The position numbers were made by a program, and so were the translations under genes. A stretch of 64,000 bases of DNA from Obrimoposthia wandeli (taxonomy: Eukaryota), in contig CDROCS010000384.1 of assembly GCA_977020255.1 (NCBI GenBank), positions 62,001 through 126,000 of the forward strand, read 5' to 3'. The first letter of the stretch is position 1. Each line of letters opens with the position of its first letter. The notes beneath the pieces are model-generated. The model saw only the letters and a list, made by a program, of their open reading frames with translations. It had not been told where the DNA came from and did not search any database. This document shows positions 23,486-35,972 of this stretch, in pieces.

Positions 23486-26272
23486 ACTTCGCCCTGAGAA
23501 AAGGAATTTTAGTGAATTCTGTATTTGGGTTTGTATGTTTTTGTGCGGTGATGTTGAGGTTCCTGTTATTGGTTAGTGTAGTTTTTAGCTTTTTGTTAAT
23601 ATGTGTTGTGTTGGTGTTGTATCAGTTTGTATTTTGGTTCTACACCTAATCCAACTCAACGGTGATAATAGTCATCGTTGTGAATTTCCTATAATAAAGT
23701 AATGCAATTTTAGGTCAAATAAATAATACTTACTATAGGAATCACACACTTTCCAAAATGTGATAAGTAAAATCAACGGTGATATAAACATAGAAACACA
23801 CATACACATACAGACAAGGTACTGTATGTGATTTCATGTATTTCTTATACTATAGAAATTAATTTCATTTCAATCGTGATAAGTAAAATGAACCGTGATG
23901 CTATTTTGCAAAAAGTTAATGTTCCGGGGACCTCAAATAACGTTGAATTGTAAGTCTATTGTAAGTCTTTTATTTTAGTCTATTAATGTTTTAGGATAGA
24001 TGTATCCTCCGACAGTGAAAATAATACAATAAGTTGTGCCATGTAAGGAAAATAGGATTCAAATGTAAGTTATTGATGTTTTAAGTTAATTAATGTTTTA
24101 ATCAGATAAAGCGCACCTAATTATGAAGCTGGTGAAGATTATGTTATGCTCGGTAAAATGCTAAGAATAAAGCCCAACACCGTAAGAAACATTATTTACC
24201 GATACCGAAAACTAATCAAGGTCCAAAAGGTGGTTCTTTTCTTAAAATTACCGATACAGCTGGAGAAGACTTGATGAGAGAAATATTTTGATGTTTTATT
24301 TACAAAACTTACATTTTCTTTTTTACTTTCCATTGCGATGTTTTTGTTTCATAACGTGATCATACAGATCACAATTAATCACAAACAAAAACTATATCAT
24401 TATAAATAAATATAATTATGCTTAATCATGTACGAATCCATACCTATACAGTATACAAAAACTGTAATGTGTACAAAACTACACTAGATTTTATATTTAG
24501 TATTGATTTAGTATGATGCAAATATTGGATGCATCGACTCATATCACCGTTCAGTGTAAACTTGTGTATGTGATATGTGTTTAAACTCTTTCGTGTGTGT
24601 TATGTTCTTTAAATATTAATTGTGTTAGGCTGGTATTGTTGTCTGTACGGTGGGTTTCTCAACCCCATGGTACAATTGTATATGTTGTGTTTTCAATGTT
24701 TTGGGTTTTTGAAGCATGCGAGATTTTTTTTATGCGATGGTGCAGTCTTTCTATTTTACCGTTTGATTGTGGGTTGTATGTTGTAGTGGTGGTGTGTTTT
24801 ATTATTATTTTACATAGTTCGTTGAATGTATGGCTTATGAATTGTCTTTGGTCAGTGATAATTTTTTATGGGAAACCGTGTGAGACGAACCAGTTTTTGT
24901 ATAATTTGTTCCAAATGTATTCGATTGTTGGGTTTTTGATTGGTCATGTGGAAAACCAGCTTGTTTTATCGTCTATTGTAGATTGGAGGTATGTATTAAA
25001 TGCGTTGTTTGCTGGTAGTGGTTCGATGTGTATGGTGTGAAAAGCTTTTTTGTTGATGATGCTAAGGGGGTTAGTTTTGCAAAGTTTCTGTGATTTGTTG
25101 TTGCATTTTACGCAGTGTTGTACGAGAAGTTTTATGAAATAATTTGAGTTGTTGGAGAATTGTGTTGTGGTCTTTTGTTGTGTCTGTGTGGTGAGAATGA
25201 TTTGTATCAGTGTATTGTTGAGTATTGGTTTGTGTAATGTTTGTTGTAAATTTTTCAACTTTTTCTGCTAGTGATGTGATTTTTACCTGTTGTAGTAATA
25301 TCGTCTTCAAATAGATTATATTTGATTTGTTTTGGTTTAGTGAGTTATTTTGTATATGTAGTGTTTTCTGTGCTTGGTTGGTTGTAGGAGTTTAGTTTAT
25401 CGGCTGTTGCTAATTCTTAAAGTATGTGGTTTTATAAAGTTGTGAATATTTTCTTTGTATCTGATGGTAATTGTCTGAAGAAAACTCCTCGAAGAATTGA
25501 ATTGTGTTTATCGAGTGTGATGGTAGGTTGGATGCATTCTAGTTTGTTTCTTTGTGTATGCACGTGATTGCTAGATTATTCTGTGGTGTCCATGTGTGCA
25601 TTGAATAATTCCTCTATCTTATCCTTTTTTGTTAATCGTGCATCCTTTGTTCAAGGGGATTTTTATGTATTCTAACGGTACTGTGTTTTTATCGATTTCA
25701 GTTATGTCGTCTGGGATTTCACTGACTATGTTCGTTTGGAGTGTTGACATTATTTTGTGTATGATGTGTTTGGCTGGATAAGTTTATGATGTTCTCAGTT
25801 AGAATGAGAAATTTGTTGGGGCTGTTATTTTCGTTTAGGAAAATTTGTGAGATGAATGTTTTTCGTGTTTGATTGTGTTTGTATGTTCTGTGTGTCGATT
25901 GTGTTGGTGGTGTTCTGAGGTAGGATGAAAGGTGATTAGTGGTGTTAGAAAGAGGTTGAGGGAGGTTAACACAGGTTGAACGAGGCTGATAGAGGTTGAG
26001 TTGTGTCTTCTTCTTTTGACACCAATGTTGGGTTTTTCGTGCGCGTTGAGAGAATGTTTCCAAGACAAGAATGATGATTCCAAAACAGAGAAAATACGAA
26101 ATCTTTCTTCAAATACCAAATACTAATTGATAACCAAGCAAATTCACATAGACACTATATACAAATGTTGAGTAGAGGAATTCTGTCTCCAATTCTACCT
26201 CAGTTGGAATCAAGCATATGTTGTTTTGTAGATTTCATTGATATTTTAAATTGTCTAATATTAACCAATTAA
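23486..26272 (-). mobile_element. Ty3/gypsy gag + integrase fragment with a G-depleted coding strand, interrupted by a Tc1 element
   Basis: Integrase core HCVKC...EPLP...TIDDKTSW...PIK...HGFP.KIITDQ.QF...TYNPQSNGKIERLH at ~24640-25130. A gag-like LRGVFFRQLP...LATADKL segment lies at ~25390-25620. A flanking 33-bp direct repeat is present. Confidence 0.8.
23643..24556 (+). mobile_element. Non-autonomous Tc1/mariner element
   Basis: TA on both flanks. Right TIR reverse-complements to CACTGAACGGTGATA; left TIR is CAC[+insert]TCAACGGTGATA. Inner repeats at ~23760 and ~23877. HTH remnant YEAGEDYVMLGKMLRIKPNTVRNIIYRY at ~24122-24210. Confidence 0.7.
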
Positions 26273-26490
26273 CTAATTAATAACCATGTTTGAAATACAA
26301 AATTACAATAGGCATAGAAAAACTACGTTCACTAATTAGAAAAGTCAATTTCAATACATGAAACTCTTTGAATCATATTGAAAGGTACTACTTTTGTTCT
26401 CTGAAATTTAGCCCATAACTCACTAAACCAATAATTTTTTCTTATTTTGACTTGCTACTTGATAAACTTGTACACCTTTTTGTTCCCCAG

Positions 26491-26715
26491 AGACGTATGA
26501 GGATGCATACGGCTACTTCCATGCACTGTACGAGCTGTCAAAGAAGCAGGACTGGCGTGTGGCCGGAACCAGGAAAACCCTTCACATGGAGTCATGTGAG
26601 CACCTGGCAGCGATTCGGCTGAAGATGGCAGATGCCTGTAATGATAAGCTTCCCAATCTGGCCGTCTCGCAGCGTATCAGCTATTTTCGGGAAGCCTACG
26701 ACTACGCCAAAGAGA
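26491..26715 (+). CDS. TTC29: TTC29 exon 5
   Basis: TYEDAYGYFHALYELSKKQDWRVAGTRKTLHMESCEHL...FREAYDYAKE. CCCCAG acceptor, GTAAGA donor; phase 1/1. Confidence 0.9.
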
Positions 26716-26981
26716 GTAAGAGTGGGGACTGAACCCGACTTCAAACTGGCATCTGAAAGCAACTTTAAAAACAGCTCCTCGACTTAACCAGCTTATATTA
26801 CTGCAATAAAATATTTTTCTGTTTTCACTTTCAACTTCTTCATTCAGTACATTAAATTTGTGATGAGTCAGTGCGTTAGTTGGTATTAGTTTTTGGGCTT
26901 TTTAGTATCATAATGTAAATTAATATTATCGTCTAAATTTATGAAAATGTTTAAGTAAAATATTCATTTTTCTTCAAACAG

Positions 26982-27067
26982 GTGGGAATGCCAAGCTTGA
27001 AGCTCAGTGCTCCTACAAACTGGGAGTTTCCTACCATGAAGCGGACAAGCCAGACGTAGCAATTGCA
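26982..27067 (+). CDS. TTC29: TTC29 exon 6
   Basis: (S)GNAKLEAQCSYKLGVSYHEADKPDVAIA, a TPR helix. CAG acceptor, GTGAGT donor; phase 1/0. Confidence 0.9.
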
Positions 27068-27679
27068 GTGAGTTTAATCCACCCGGGACGTCCAGACAGT
27101 CTAATTTTTCACTGATCTTTACCGAGACAAATATTTTAAAATTTTCAAAAAAAGTTTATTTTATTTAGTTTTTAGCTTGAAATTTTGACATATTAATCAG
27201 AATTGTAGAGTCCGAATTTAAACTATCTGTTAGTTAAAATTCAGATTTCCATAGAATCAAAACTCTAATTTCAGCTTTACAACAACAAAAATTTTTAAAT
27301 AAGTTTTTTGTATTCTGATTACAAGAAAAATACATTTAATACAATACACGTCCAAAAAATTATTTTTACCAAGTAACTGTTAATTTTTAAATTTTAATTA
27401 ATTTATTTTTGTAATTGTTAACATTGTTGATTTTTAATAAAATCCTTTATTTATGTAAATGTTATATTTAATTATAAAAATTATTTTTATAAAAAACAAA
27501 GCATTATTTGCACATTAATTTTAAATTATAATATTAAATGAATAATAGAATTTGGCTCAGTTGATGTCGTGAAATTTGTATAATAAATCTCTAATGAAGA
27601 AACTGACTAAATGTTTTTGTTGTAATTGTAGTGGAGAATTTAAAATTACTTCAGTTAGAATAAATATTTCTCTTTAATA

Positions 27680-27810
27680 CAAGAAGTGTATCTGAATTAT
27701 CCAAGACTAGGTGTTGTAAAAGTAAGCGATGGAACATTTACAAAACCAGATATACGAAAATTACTACGAGACAATATTTTTAAAGAAAACTTAATGAGAA
27801 AGAATATTTT
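27680..27810 (+). mobile_element. Short remnant of the same DNA transposase family as 22700 and 31090
   Basis: YPRLGVVKVSDGTFTKPDIRKLLRDNIF resembles the family motif FP.LS..K.KEG.F.GPQIR.L..D..F. Confidence 0.55.
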
Positions 27811-28489
27811 TGACATTTAAATTCGAAATGATAGAGAAGTCACAACACGTGTACCTATTTTTAAATGGAAAATGTTTGAAAAATATTTCTTTAAATTGAG
27901 CTATTAATTGAAATCGTATTTTATGTTGTGTTTTTTAATACGCTACGGTGTATTTAGTTCATTATTAAAAGCAAACACAAAAAATTGAGGTAATTAACTT
28001 TCCTCATTTATCGATGGTGACAGAACTTAATTTATGGGGTTCAATTCTCTTTATGAACCAAAAGTCAGTATATATCGGTAATTATTTATTTACGAATGTT
28101 GGGGAAAATATAATTAAAATAAGACATCTAAAACATAGTCCACCTTTTATTTATTAACCCCACTTAAAGCTATTATATTTCATCATTTTCCGTTCTTTTG
28201 AAATATAAGTTTACTTTGACATTATATCTCTGTGGCATTCACCTTTCAATTTCTTATAACACTGAGTAGAGTTTATAGTTTATCTTAGGATAAAATTGAT
28301 TTTTTTAGAAAATAATTTTTTATGATAACTATTTTATGCTTTTAATTTATTGGACACTTTTTGTTAAGATAATAAATAGCAAATAAAATGCTGAAAAAAA
28401 ATAAAAACATAACATACATTTTTTTATTTCCCCGATTATACAAAATGTTTAGATATTATTTCTTTACACCTACGTAAAACAATCTCTAA

Positions 28490-29210
28490 GTTTTTTCTGT
28501 TTTGAATAATATTTTGAACGGCTTCTTGAATTTTAACCCATAATTTGTGTTCCGATCCAAATCTTTCAACATCAGATTTTAGAGTTGTAAATATATATTA
28601 TCGACTTAAGTTAGCTGACCAAATTAAGGTTCTTATATTATCTCTCACGAAGTAGGCTTGGTTCTTGGAGGTATGCGGTCACGCATTGTCTTGTTCAAAG
28701 ATAAATTAAGAGTATTTTAGAGTATTTTTAGATGGTCCTTCCAAATTAATATGTACTTCTCAGCGTTTAAGTTACCTTCAACTTGTTTATTCAGAATGAT
28801 TCCATCTCTCGATAGTGCAAATTATACTATGAATGTGTCTTAAATCCCGAAGATCGTTTTCACATTCTCTAACTAACTTCCTTTGCCAAGTATTTATCAG
28901 GACCATCCATGAAAATCTTACCTCGTCAGTAAAAATAACATTTTTCAAAGAACTTATTTTATGAACCGTAACTTTATAATTTCCACTCTTGACAGCTATT
29001 GTGTTACGTTAAGTTTAATTTCTCTTTTTCTGGAACTCAAGATGAAGTCTGCATTTACGTTTAGGCACTTTTGAACAGTACCTAGAGATGATAATTCCGG
29101 GAAATTTTGACAAATATTTGAAGCTAAAACGTGACTTTTCACTTCTTTTATTTTGTGATATATATATTTTTACTTGTTTCACTAACCTTTTATTGTTGTA
29201 CATTGGTTTT
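28490..29210 (-). mobile_element. Tc1/mariner transposase pseudogene
   Basis: NVIFTDE.RF.MDGPD and FEQDNA*PHTSK DDE motifs, with multiple stops. Confidence 0.8.
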
Positions 29211-29689
29211 GGTTATCTTATAGCTAATTTCTATAAAATTTGTGACATAACGTTTCCTTGATTTCATTGACAGTATTTTTTTACATGCAAAAAGTTACTC
29301 TTACTCAATAAACTTTACTAAAATTCCGCTAATAAAAATATGCGAATTTTGTAAAAATTTATATTGTATTTTTAAATTTATTACAATGAAAAAATTATTC
29401 GTTTGTATATAATTGTGTATATTTCTGCTATTTAAATATTTATAATTTCCACTCGAAAAACTTACATTTTCCAATTAATTTCCAAATAATCATACTGTTC
29501 AATAAATTTATGATTAAATTCACAAAAAATTATTTTTTATAAACTTAACTAAATGATACATTTTCGTGAATGTAATTTTATTGATATAATTCTTAATAGG
29601 GCTCTAAACTCATATATTTTTATTTAAAATTTTAGGATTCATAAAAGGATAACTTATCTTTGTTATTCTTTGAAAGTACGCTACAAAAT

Positions 29690-30160
29690 TGAAATTGAAA
29701 GTAGGTAAATTAGCTTAGGAGCTGCTGGGGTATTTGGCATCAATGAGAAGCAAGCGGAAGAGTAAAAGTGCACAACATGAGGAAAACAATGCCAATGATT
29801 CGAAATAGAAACTTCATTAGTAGCTTAGATAACAGGAAAAAGAAATTATGATCATAACATAAGTTCAGTTTACAAGTCGAGTCTATCTAGTGGTCCAAGA
29901 AGAATCGTGAGCTGATCAAGAATTACAAGGTGTTTCGTGGTTCGCTGTGCAGATTCGTGTCAAGAAATAATTTAATCTTACGCCAGAAGATAAAAGTAGC
30001 ACCAAAACTACCAAATGGTTTGGATATGATCATTTCCTTTCCAGAATTCATCATTAAACATCACAAGCACCACAACTATCCACTCATTAATATTGGGAAT
30101 ATGAATGAAACTGCGATGTGCTCCGACATGAATGAGAGAAAAACAGAAATAATATTTAAA
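29690..30160 (+). mobile_element. pogo/Tigger-type transposase remnant
   Basis: F.GS..RF..RNNL.LRQK.KVA.KLP..L...YPLINIGNMNETAM matches the CENP-B HTH to GNMDET region. Confidence 0.75.
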
Positions 30161-31089
30161 AGTTACCTTTTTTACCAAACAAACCTTTGCTTCTCATATT
30201 CATTATTCTAAATGTTTCTTAAATATTAATATGTTTTTTGTGTAAGTTAAAATTGTCATGAATACATTTCTATTTTTAAATTTGAAATGAATTATTTAAA
30301 GCTCAGTAAATTTTAAGAGTTTATATTTCTTCTTGACTTGACTTAACATCAAAGAGACCTCACATTATTAAAATTTATTTTCTAATTGAAAAATTTCAAT
30401 AAAGCTTTTTTAATACATAAATTTATGAAACACTAAGAAACGTAACAATACTTTAATTCGTTTATATTTCTCATGATGTTTTCTGAGAGCTAATATTTTA
30501 AGATTGTTCCTGAATGATTTTTGAGTATTTTGTAAATATGAATTATTTTTCTAAATTCCTCTTCGATAAATTTTATTTGAGGAAAAATCCTTAAACCGCA
30601 TACTGATACATTGGCAAGTTTACATTGTGTTGCTCTTGTAGCCTAAGTTTCCAAAGATGTCTGGAGACGGGAGAATATAGTGACTGTTATTTTGTTAAGT
30701 CGTTAGTCGTTAATTTTATATCAAAATACATATTTATTCAATTAATAATTTGTTCTTACATCCATTAGTCTTTATATCGACCATATACTGTTTTTTATCT
30801 CAAACCAATTTATCAATGCCAGGGTCAACAAGATAAACTTGTCAATATTCGCTAAATTAATTATTAGTCATTAATAAAAAATCCCAAAAATTGGAAATTC
30901 ACAAATTTTTCAATGTTCGGGGAGGGGTCTTTCTTATTTACGGTCATATTTTCTCCTGAATTCAAAAATTCAATTTTTTTTCTATATCAGGTCAGGTTTT
31001 TTTGATGTGAAAATGTAAAAAACAACATTTATAATGGTGTCATATTTTTCTCGTAAAAATAAAATTGGCGCTAACATTCTTTTATATTA

Positions 31090-31730
31090 CTACATGTGAT
31101 GTTCGATTTTAGAAGTAGAGTAGATGACTAGAATTTTGTCCGATGAGAGGGTTTCGAGACAAGGGTTACAAATAGGCTCATATAATGTTCTGTCTCACCC
31201 TCTGGTCAAACCACATAAGATACTACTCCCGCCACTGCACACAAAACTCGGTCTCATGAAAACTATGGCTAAGGCGCTGAACAAAGAAGGTAGAGGAATC
31301 AGTTTTCTGGTACGCATATTTTCAAACAGTTAACCAAAGTTGAGTGAAATTGAAGACAGGAATATTTGATGGTGTCTAATTAAGAGAGCTTATCAATGAC
31401 ACTCGCTTTGAGGAAGTATTGAATGCCAGTGAACTTTCTGCTAGGCTGGCCCTGAAGTTGATCATTGCAAAGTTTCTAGGTGAGTATATACGTCCAGAGT
31501 ATCAGAATATTGTTGGTTAACTGTTTGAGAGTTTCTGCTGATTAGGTACATGGATGTCAGGGAAAAATAACTTTTTCAGATCTCATCTGGACTATTTTTC
31601 AAATAATTTTGGAGACTTCCTTGAAGAGCAGGGTGAGCGTTCTCATAAGGGTATTTGAATGATGAAGGAGCGCTATCAAAGCTGATGACTGCTGTTGGTG
31701 CCTATAAAGAGATGTAATATCCGTCCACTA
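31090..31730 (+). mobile_element. DNA transposase pseudogene (LHxKLGL...EQGERFHQD family)
   Basis: KILLPPLHTKLGLMKTMAKAL, SHLDYFSNNFGDFLEEQGERSHKGI*MMKERYQ. Confidence 0.8.
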
Positions 31731-32305
31731 AAAACGGTAGTCACCAAAGAAGCGATTCATCCTCTTTAGCAATGTATTGTATCTTTCAGTATTTCTATAA
31801 GAACCTTTTATAAGTATATGGAATAAAATATAATTCTTCACGAATTTTGTACCACTGTTAGTGCTTCTTTAAACTTAATTATTTACCAATCCAATTATTT
31901 TTATATTCTTATCATATAATTTTAATTTTCTTAATCATTGTTTGGCAATATTTTAAATAAAATGCAATGAATACAATTTCATTCAATTATTTTAAAATGA
32001 ATATGAAACATGAGTAATCGTGTTAATAATAATAATACTTATTTTTAGTAATGTTTTTAAAATCATTTTAATGTAAACTGAAATCCATATTTCTTAAATA
32101 AAAATAGTTCTAGACGTTCTTCAATATAGTGTAGTTGTTTATATAAAATATTTAACATCAAAGTATTGTTAACAAAATTTCAAATATTTCAATAAACACT
32201 ATAAATTTTAGTTTTATTTAGTATTGATGTTACTGACTACAATAAATAGTATCTATTAAACAATTATATCCAGAGAAATGAATTTAAGTTTCTATTCCAC
32301 TGTAG

Positions 32306-32645
32306 TATCTGAACCAGTTCTACTCGCTGAGCAAATCTATCGAAGACATCGAGAATCTGTGTTTGGCGTGCGAGAGTTTGGCAAATGTGTACCGGAGTCA
32401 GCGTAAGTTTGAGGACTGCATTCGATTCCTGGAAGAGTTTGTGTCATGTGCGGAAGCGGTGCCACACATGAAAGCGACTTTCTGTCGGGCATGTCGAGCG
32501 CTCGGTGACGTCTACAACGAGCTGGGCGACTTCGGCAAGGCGAGCAGCTACTTCTCGCGTTCTTTCGGCATCAGTCGCAGTATCCCACCAGGCCAGAGTG
32601 GCTCCAATAGTGGTGGCACTGTGGACGAGGCTCGCATACTTTTCG
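32306..32645 (+). CDS. TTC29: TTC29 exon 7 (TPR repeats)
   Basis: YLNQFYSLSK...ACESLANVYRSQ...ACRALGDVYNELGDFGKASSYF...VDEARILFG. TGTAG acceptor, GTAAAA donor; phase 0/1. Confidence 0.9.
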
Positions 32646-33692
32646 GTAAAATTAATTTTGTTGCTCTTCAAGAGAGGAGTAAATCTCGTCCCTCTGAACC
32701 AATTCCAGAGAGAGTGCTGACACATGTTTCAGACAAAATACACAGGGACCACATATCGTACTTAAACCTTTTAGTTATTATTGCTTAGCATCGAAGAAAA
32801 ACTTGTTTGATGTCTTCCTCCTGCCCATACATGCGTCACACTCATTTTTCCTATTATCTTACCAATTCCAGCGAGTGTTCCATACTAAGCGATCGGAATC
32901 TATTAGCCTCGCCTTTTGACTAGTGGTTTTCCAGCTCTTCTCTCTCTCCTGATTTTCCATAAATTGCCCTAGTTCTGCCATGGTCCATGATCCTAATTAT
33001 CTAAGCACTCTTCGTTCTTGCTTTGCAACAAAGAGCCACTTCTTGTTCTACTCAGGTTTGTACATCAATAAAGAGATAAAGAGTTAAAGTTATGTTTTCT
33101 ATCGTAGACATATTTCAAAAAGTTTTATTCCACAACACAATTTATATTATACAGACATAAATGTATCTATTTGAACAAATTTCCTCCGTAGGATATTTCT
33201 GGTTTCTGATTACATAACTTTTAACATTAGACTATTAAAACATTATCAACGGTTTTAACTTCATATGTCTAATAATGATCATTGTGAAAAAGCTTTATTG
33301 ACGAACAAACCAGTATGTTTGTTTTGATAAAATAATTTGATATAGAAAGCAAAACAGATTTTATAGAAAAATATAATTAAAGGCAACCTAAAAATGAGGT
33401 TCAAAGGTAAATTTAGAGAAAACAATGTAATCGAATGTGTACAACTGACTACCTCGAGAAATGTTCAAATATGTAAAGCTTGAAACGGCAAGTAAAATGT
33501 CATTTATTAAACCGATACTATCACCCAGATACTGGAGAATTAAAGCCCGATAGAAAAGAGGAAATAATGAAGAAGATGACTGATTGAGTAACAGTTTTTA
33601 GATGTATTTTCTTTAAATGTATATTTATTTTATCTTAACCTAAAGTAAAAATTAAAAAAAAAGATCCTTACAGTTTTTTTTGCATTGTGCAG

Positions 33693-33839
33693 GAGTGTCG
33701 CAGGCCAACAACATGAATTTGACCTTCAACGAGCATGTGCATGTAGAGAGCAAAATTGCAGTCGATCGGCTGATCCAGTGGAAGCGGGATTGTAAGCCAG
33801 ACAATACCGGCATAGCCCAGCCGATCCCCGATAAAGAGA
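33693..33839 (+). CDS. TTC29: TTC29 exon 8
   Basis: GVSQANNMNLTFNEHV...DRLIQWK aligns by recall to GIAKAHQMMLTVNNYI...LLSWK. GCAG acceptor, GTGAGT donor; phase 1/1. Confidence 0.88.
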
Positions 33840-35199
33840 GTGAGTGGGCCTCCTCTCTACATCCTTTTTTCTCCACATATGCATCATCTATTGGATATTT
33901 AAATCCTAACTACCTAGTTTTTGATACTACGCATTACTACTAACAAGGGAACAAACTTTAGTTATAGCACTTTAATTCTTTGACATTTGTTTTATAGACA
34001 AAGAATATTTAATTCGTAGGAAATAATGTTTATTTTCTCCTTATTGTCTTATAAAAAAATATAGCATGATAAATTCATTAAAAAGATCATTTTAAATATA
34101 ACTTCTTTTAAATTGAATTATAACTTAATGAATTACAAAATGGTTTCATTTAATTCATTAAAAATTTAAAAAAAGTTTTAAATCAGTGTAACTTATAAAA
34201 TTTTTGTGGCTGGAGAATATTTACCATTAAAATATTTTACAATTAACATTACTTAAATAATTTTAACAGAAAACATTTAATTTATATTTAAATTACAAAC
34301 TTATTAAATATAATGTGAAAACTTGATAAAAAATCTGCATCATTTAATTTTGTTCCAATTTTAAATACACAATTTTTTAAAACCAATTAAATTGAAAGCT
34401 TACTTGCTAAAATTGTACAATAATAGAAGGATTTTCTTAAAACGATTTTTTTATAAATACGTTTATCATTTAATTATCTGCCAAGTAATATAAAAATTGT
34501 TGGTAATTATAATCATCATCTGAAGTATGTTTCCTTGTAATGATAAATACGACCCCATGGCCTTACATCACAGTTTGTAGGAATGTTTCTGACTGTTTTG
34601 ATTTTTTTCTGACTTCAATTCTGGGCATCATTTGGGATTCAATGAAGAGAAAAATGGTCTTATGATCATGAAAAAGAAACTTCGACTGATGACAAACCTA
34701 GCATTGAGTTGTGTATCGTTTACATATATCATCCAGACTTCGATTCCGTGTCTTATTTAGTTGCAAAAGCTCATGAAATTAGGGATTATATCTACTTACT
34801 AGCTGACCATCTCTCCAAATCAATTGTTCTCAAACGATTTTGAATCCAGAAATTTGTTCCGGTGTCCCCTAACTTATTCTTAAAATTTTAGCAGAAAACC
34901 GTAACTGTTAATTTCCCATTATTAAACATGTATTTATATATTTTTCAATTAATAACTTTAATAATTAATAGAAATAATAAATAAATTTAACATAAAATAT
35001 ATTAATGAATAAATTTAAATGAGATGGATGGGCTTTATGAATTAATATTAGCTTCGCAATATCTGGGTTTAAAGTGCTTAGCAGGAGTCTTAGATCACCG
35101 CGTTCAGTTAACTGCAAACGACTTCAAACGTTGATTCGTTCAACTGTAATACAAATTATGTTCTTAATTTATTGCACAATGTCATTAAGTTAATTATTA

Positions 35200-35620
35200 A
35201 TTAGTCATTAATTATATCATATGATGACTTTTTTAAAACAGTTCTCAGAACACCACCGATTGCTGGTAGAATTAATCCTTCACCAATTGTATGTGGCTTA
35301 CGAGACTTAGCAACTAACAAATAAATATTGTACAATTCATGCAAATCATCAGTGTGTTTTATTTCGATGGCTTGGGAAACATGCTTGATAATGTTGTATG
35401 TTTGTGGAATCGTTCAGAAAGTAATTAAAAATATGTTAAGTTCTTATCAGTCTGGTCACTGAGCATATTCTTCCAAGGTTTATTAAATCGTTTTACTGTC
35501 ACTTAGTGGAAAATATAGAAGTACATTATCATTCTAAGCTCCAGATGTATCTGAATGCAGTAAATGGGAGTAGTATATTCATCTCACGATTAACAATTAT
35601 GCAGTCATCGCAAGCAATAC
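35200..35620 (-). mobile_element. hAT (Buster/ZBED8-SCAND3-like) transposase N-terminal remnant
   Basis: YNIYLLVAKSRKPHTIGEGLILPA motif. Confidence 0.75.
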
Positions 35621-35901
35621 ATGTAATAATGAAGACTAGATATTTCTAAACAAATTCATAAATAAATCAAAATTTTCTGAATTAGATAATTAGAATAATA
35701 ATTTTAAAATATATCCTGATTGATTAAGATTTATAACTTGAAACTTCTTTTAAAATATTAGATATTGTAAGATAAAATTATATTCTACATTTAATATATC
35801 ATCCGTTGATTAACAGGTTTTTCTTAACATAAGATACCCTTTGCTCTAAATATATTGTGATGTGAAAATAATAATTTTTAACTTGGAAATTTCATTCACA
35901 G

Positions 35902-35972
35902 CTGATACAATCCGCAATCGACAACCAACACGGAATATATTTGACCACATCGGAGCCTATCCGAAGTTGTGA
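35902..35972 (+). CDS. TTC29: Candidate last coding exon of TTC29
   Basis: TTCATTCACAG acceptor. Phase 1 gives (T)DTIRNRQPTRNIFDHIGAYPKL*. No homology support. Confidence 0.4.

Noticed and set aside
24597-25040. 147-aa hydrophobic + strand ORF
   Set aside because: A by-product of G/T skew, antisense to the integrase remnant.
32646-32788. Read-through C-terminal part of the 32363-32788 ORF
   Set aside because: It lies past the GT donor at 32646, and TTC29 similarity continues in the 33693 exon.
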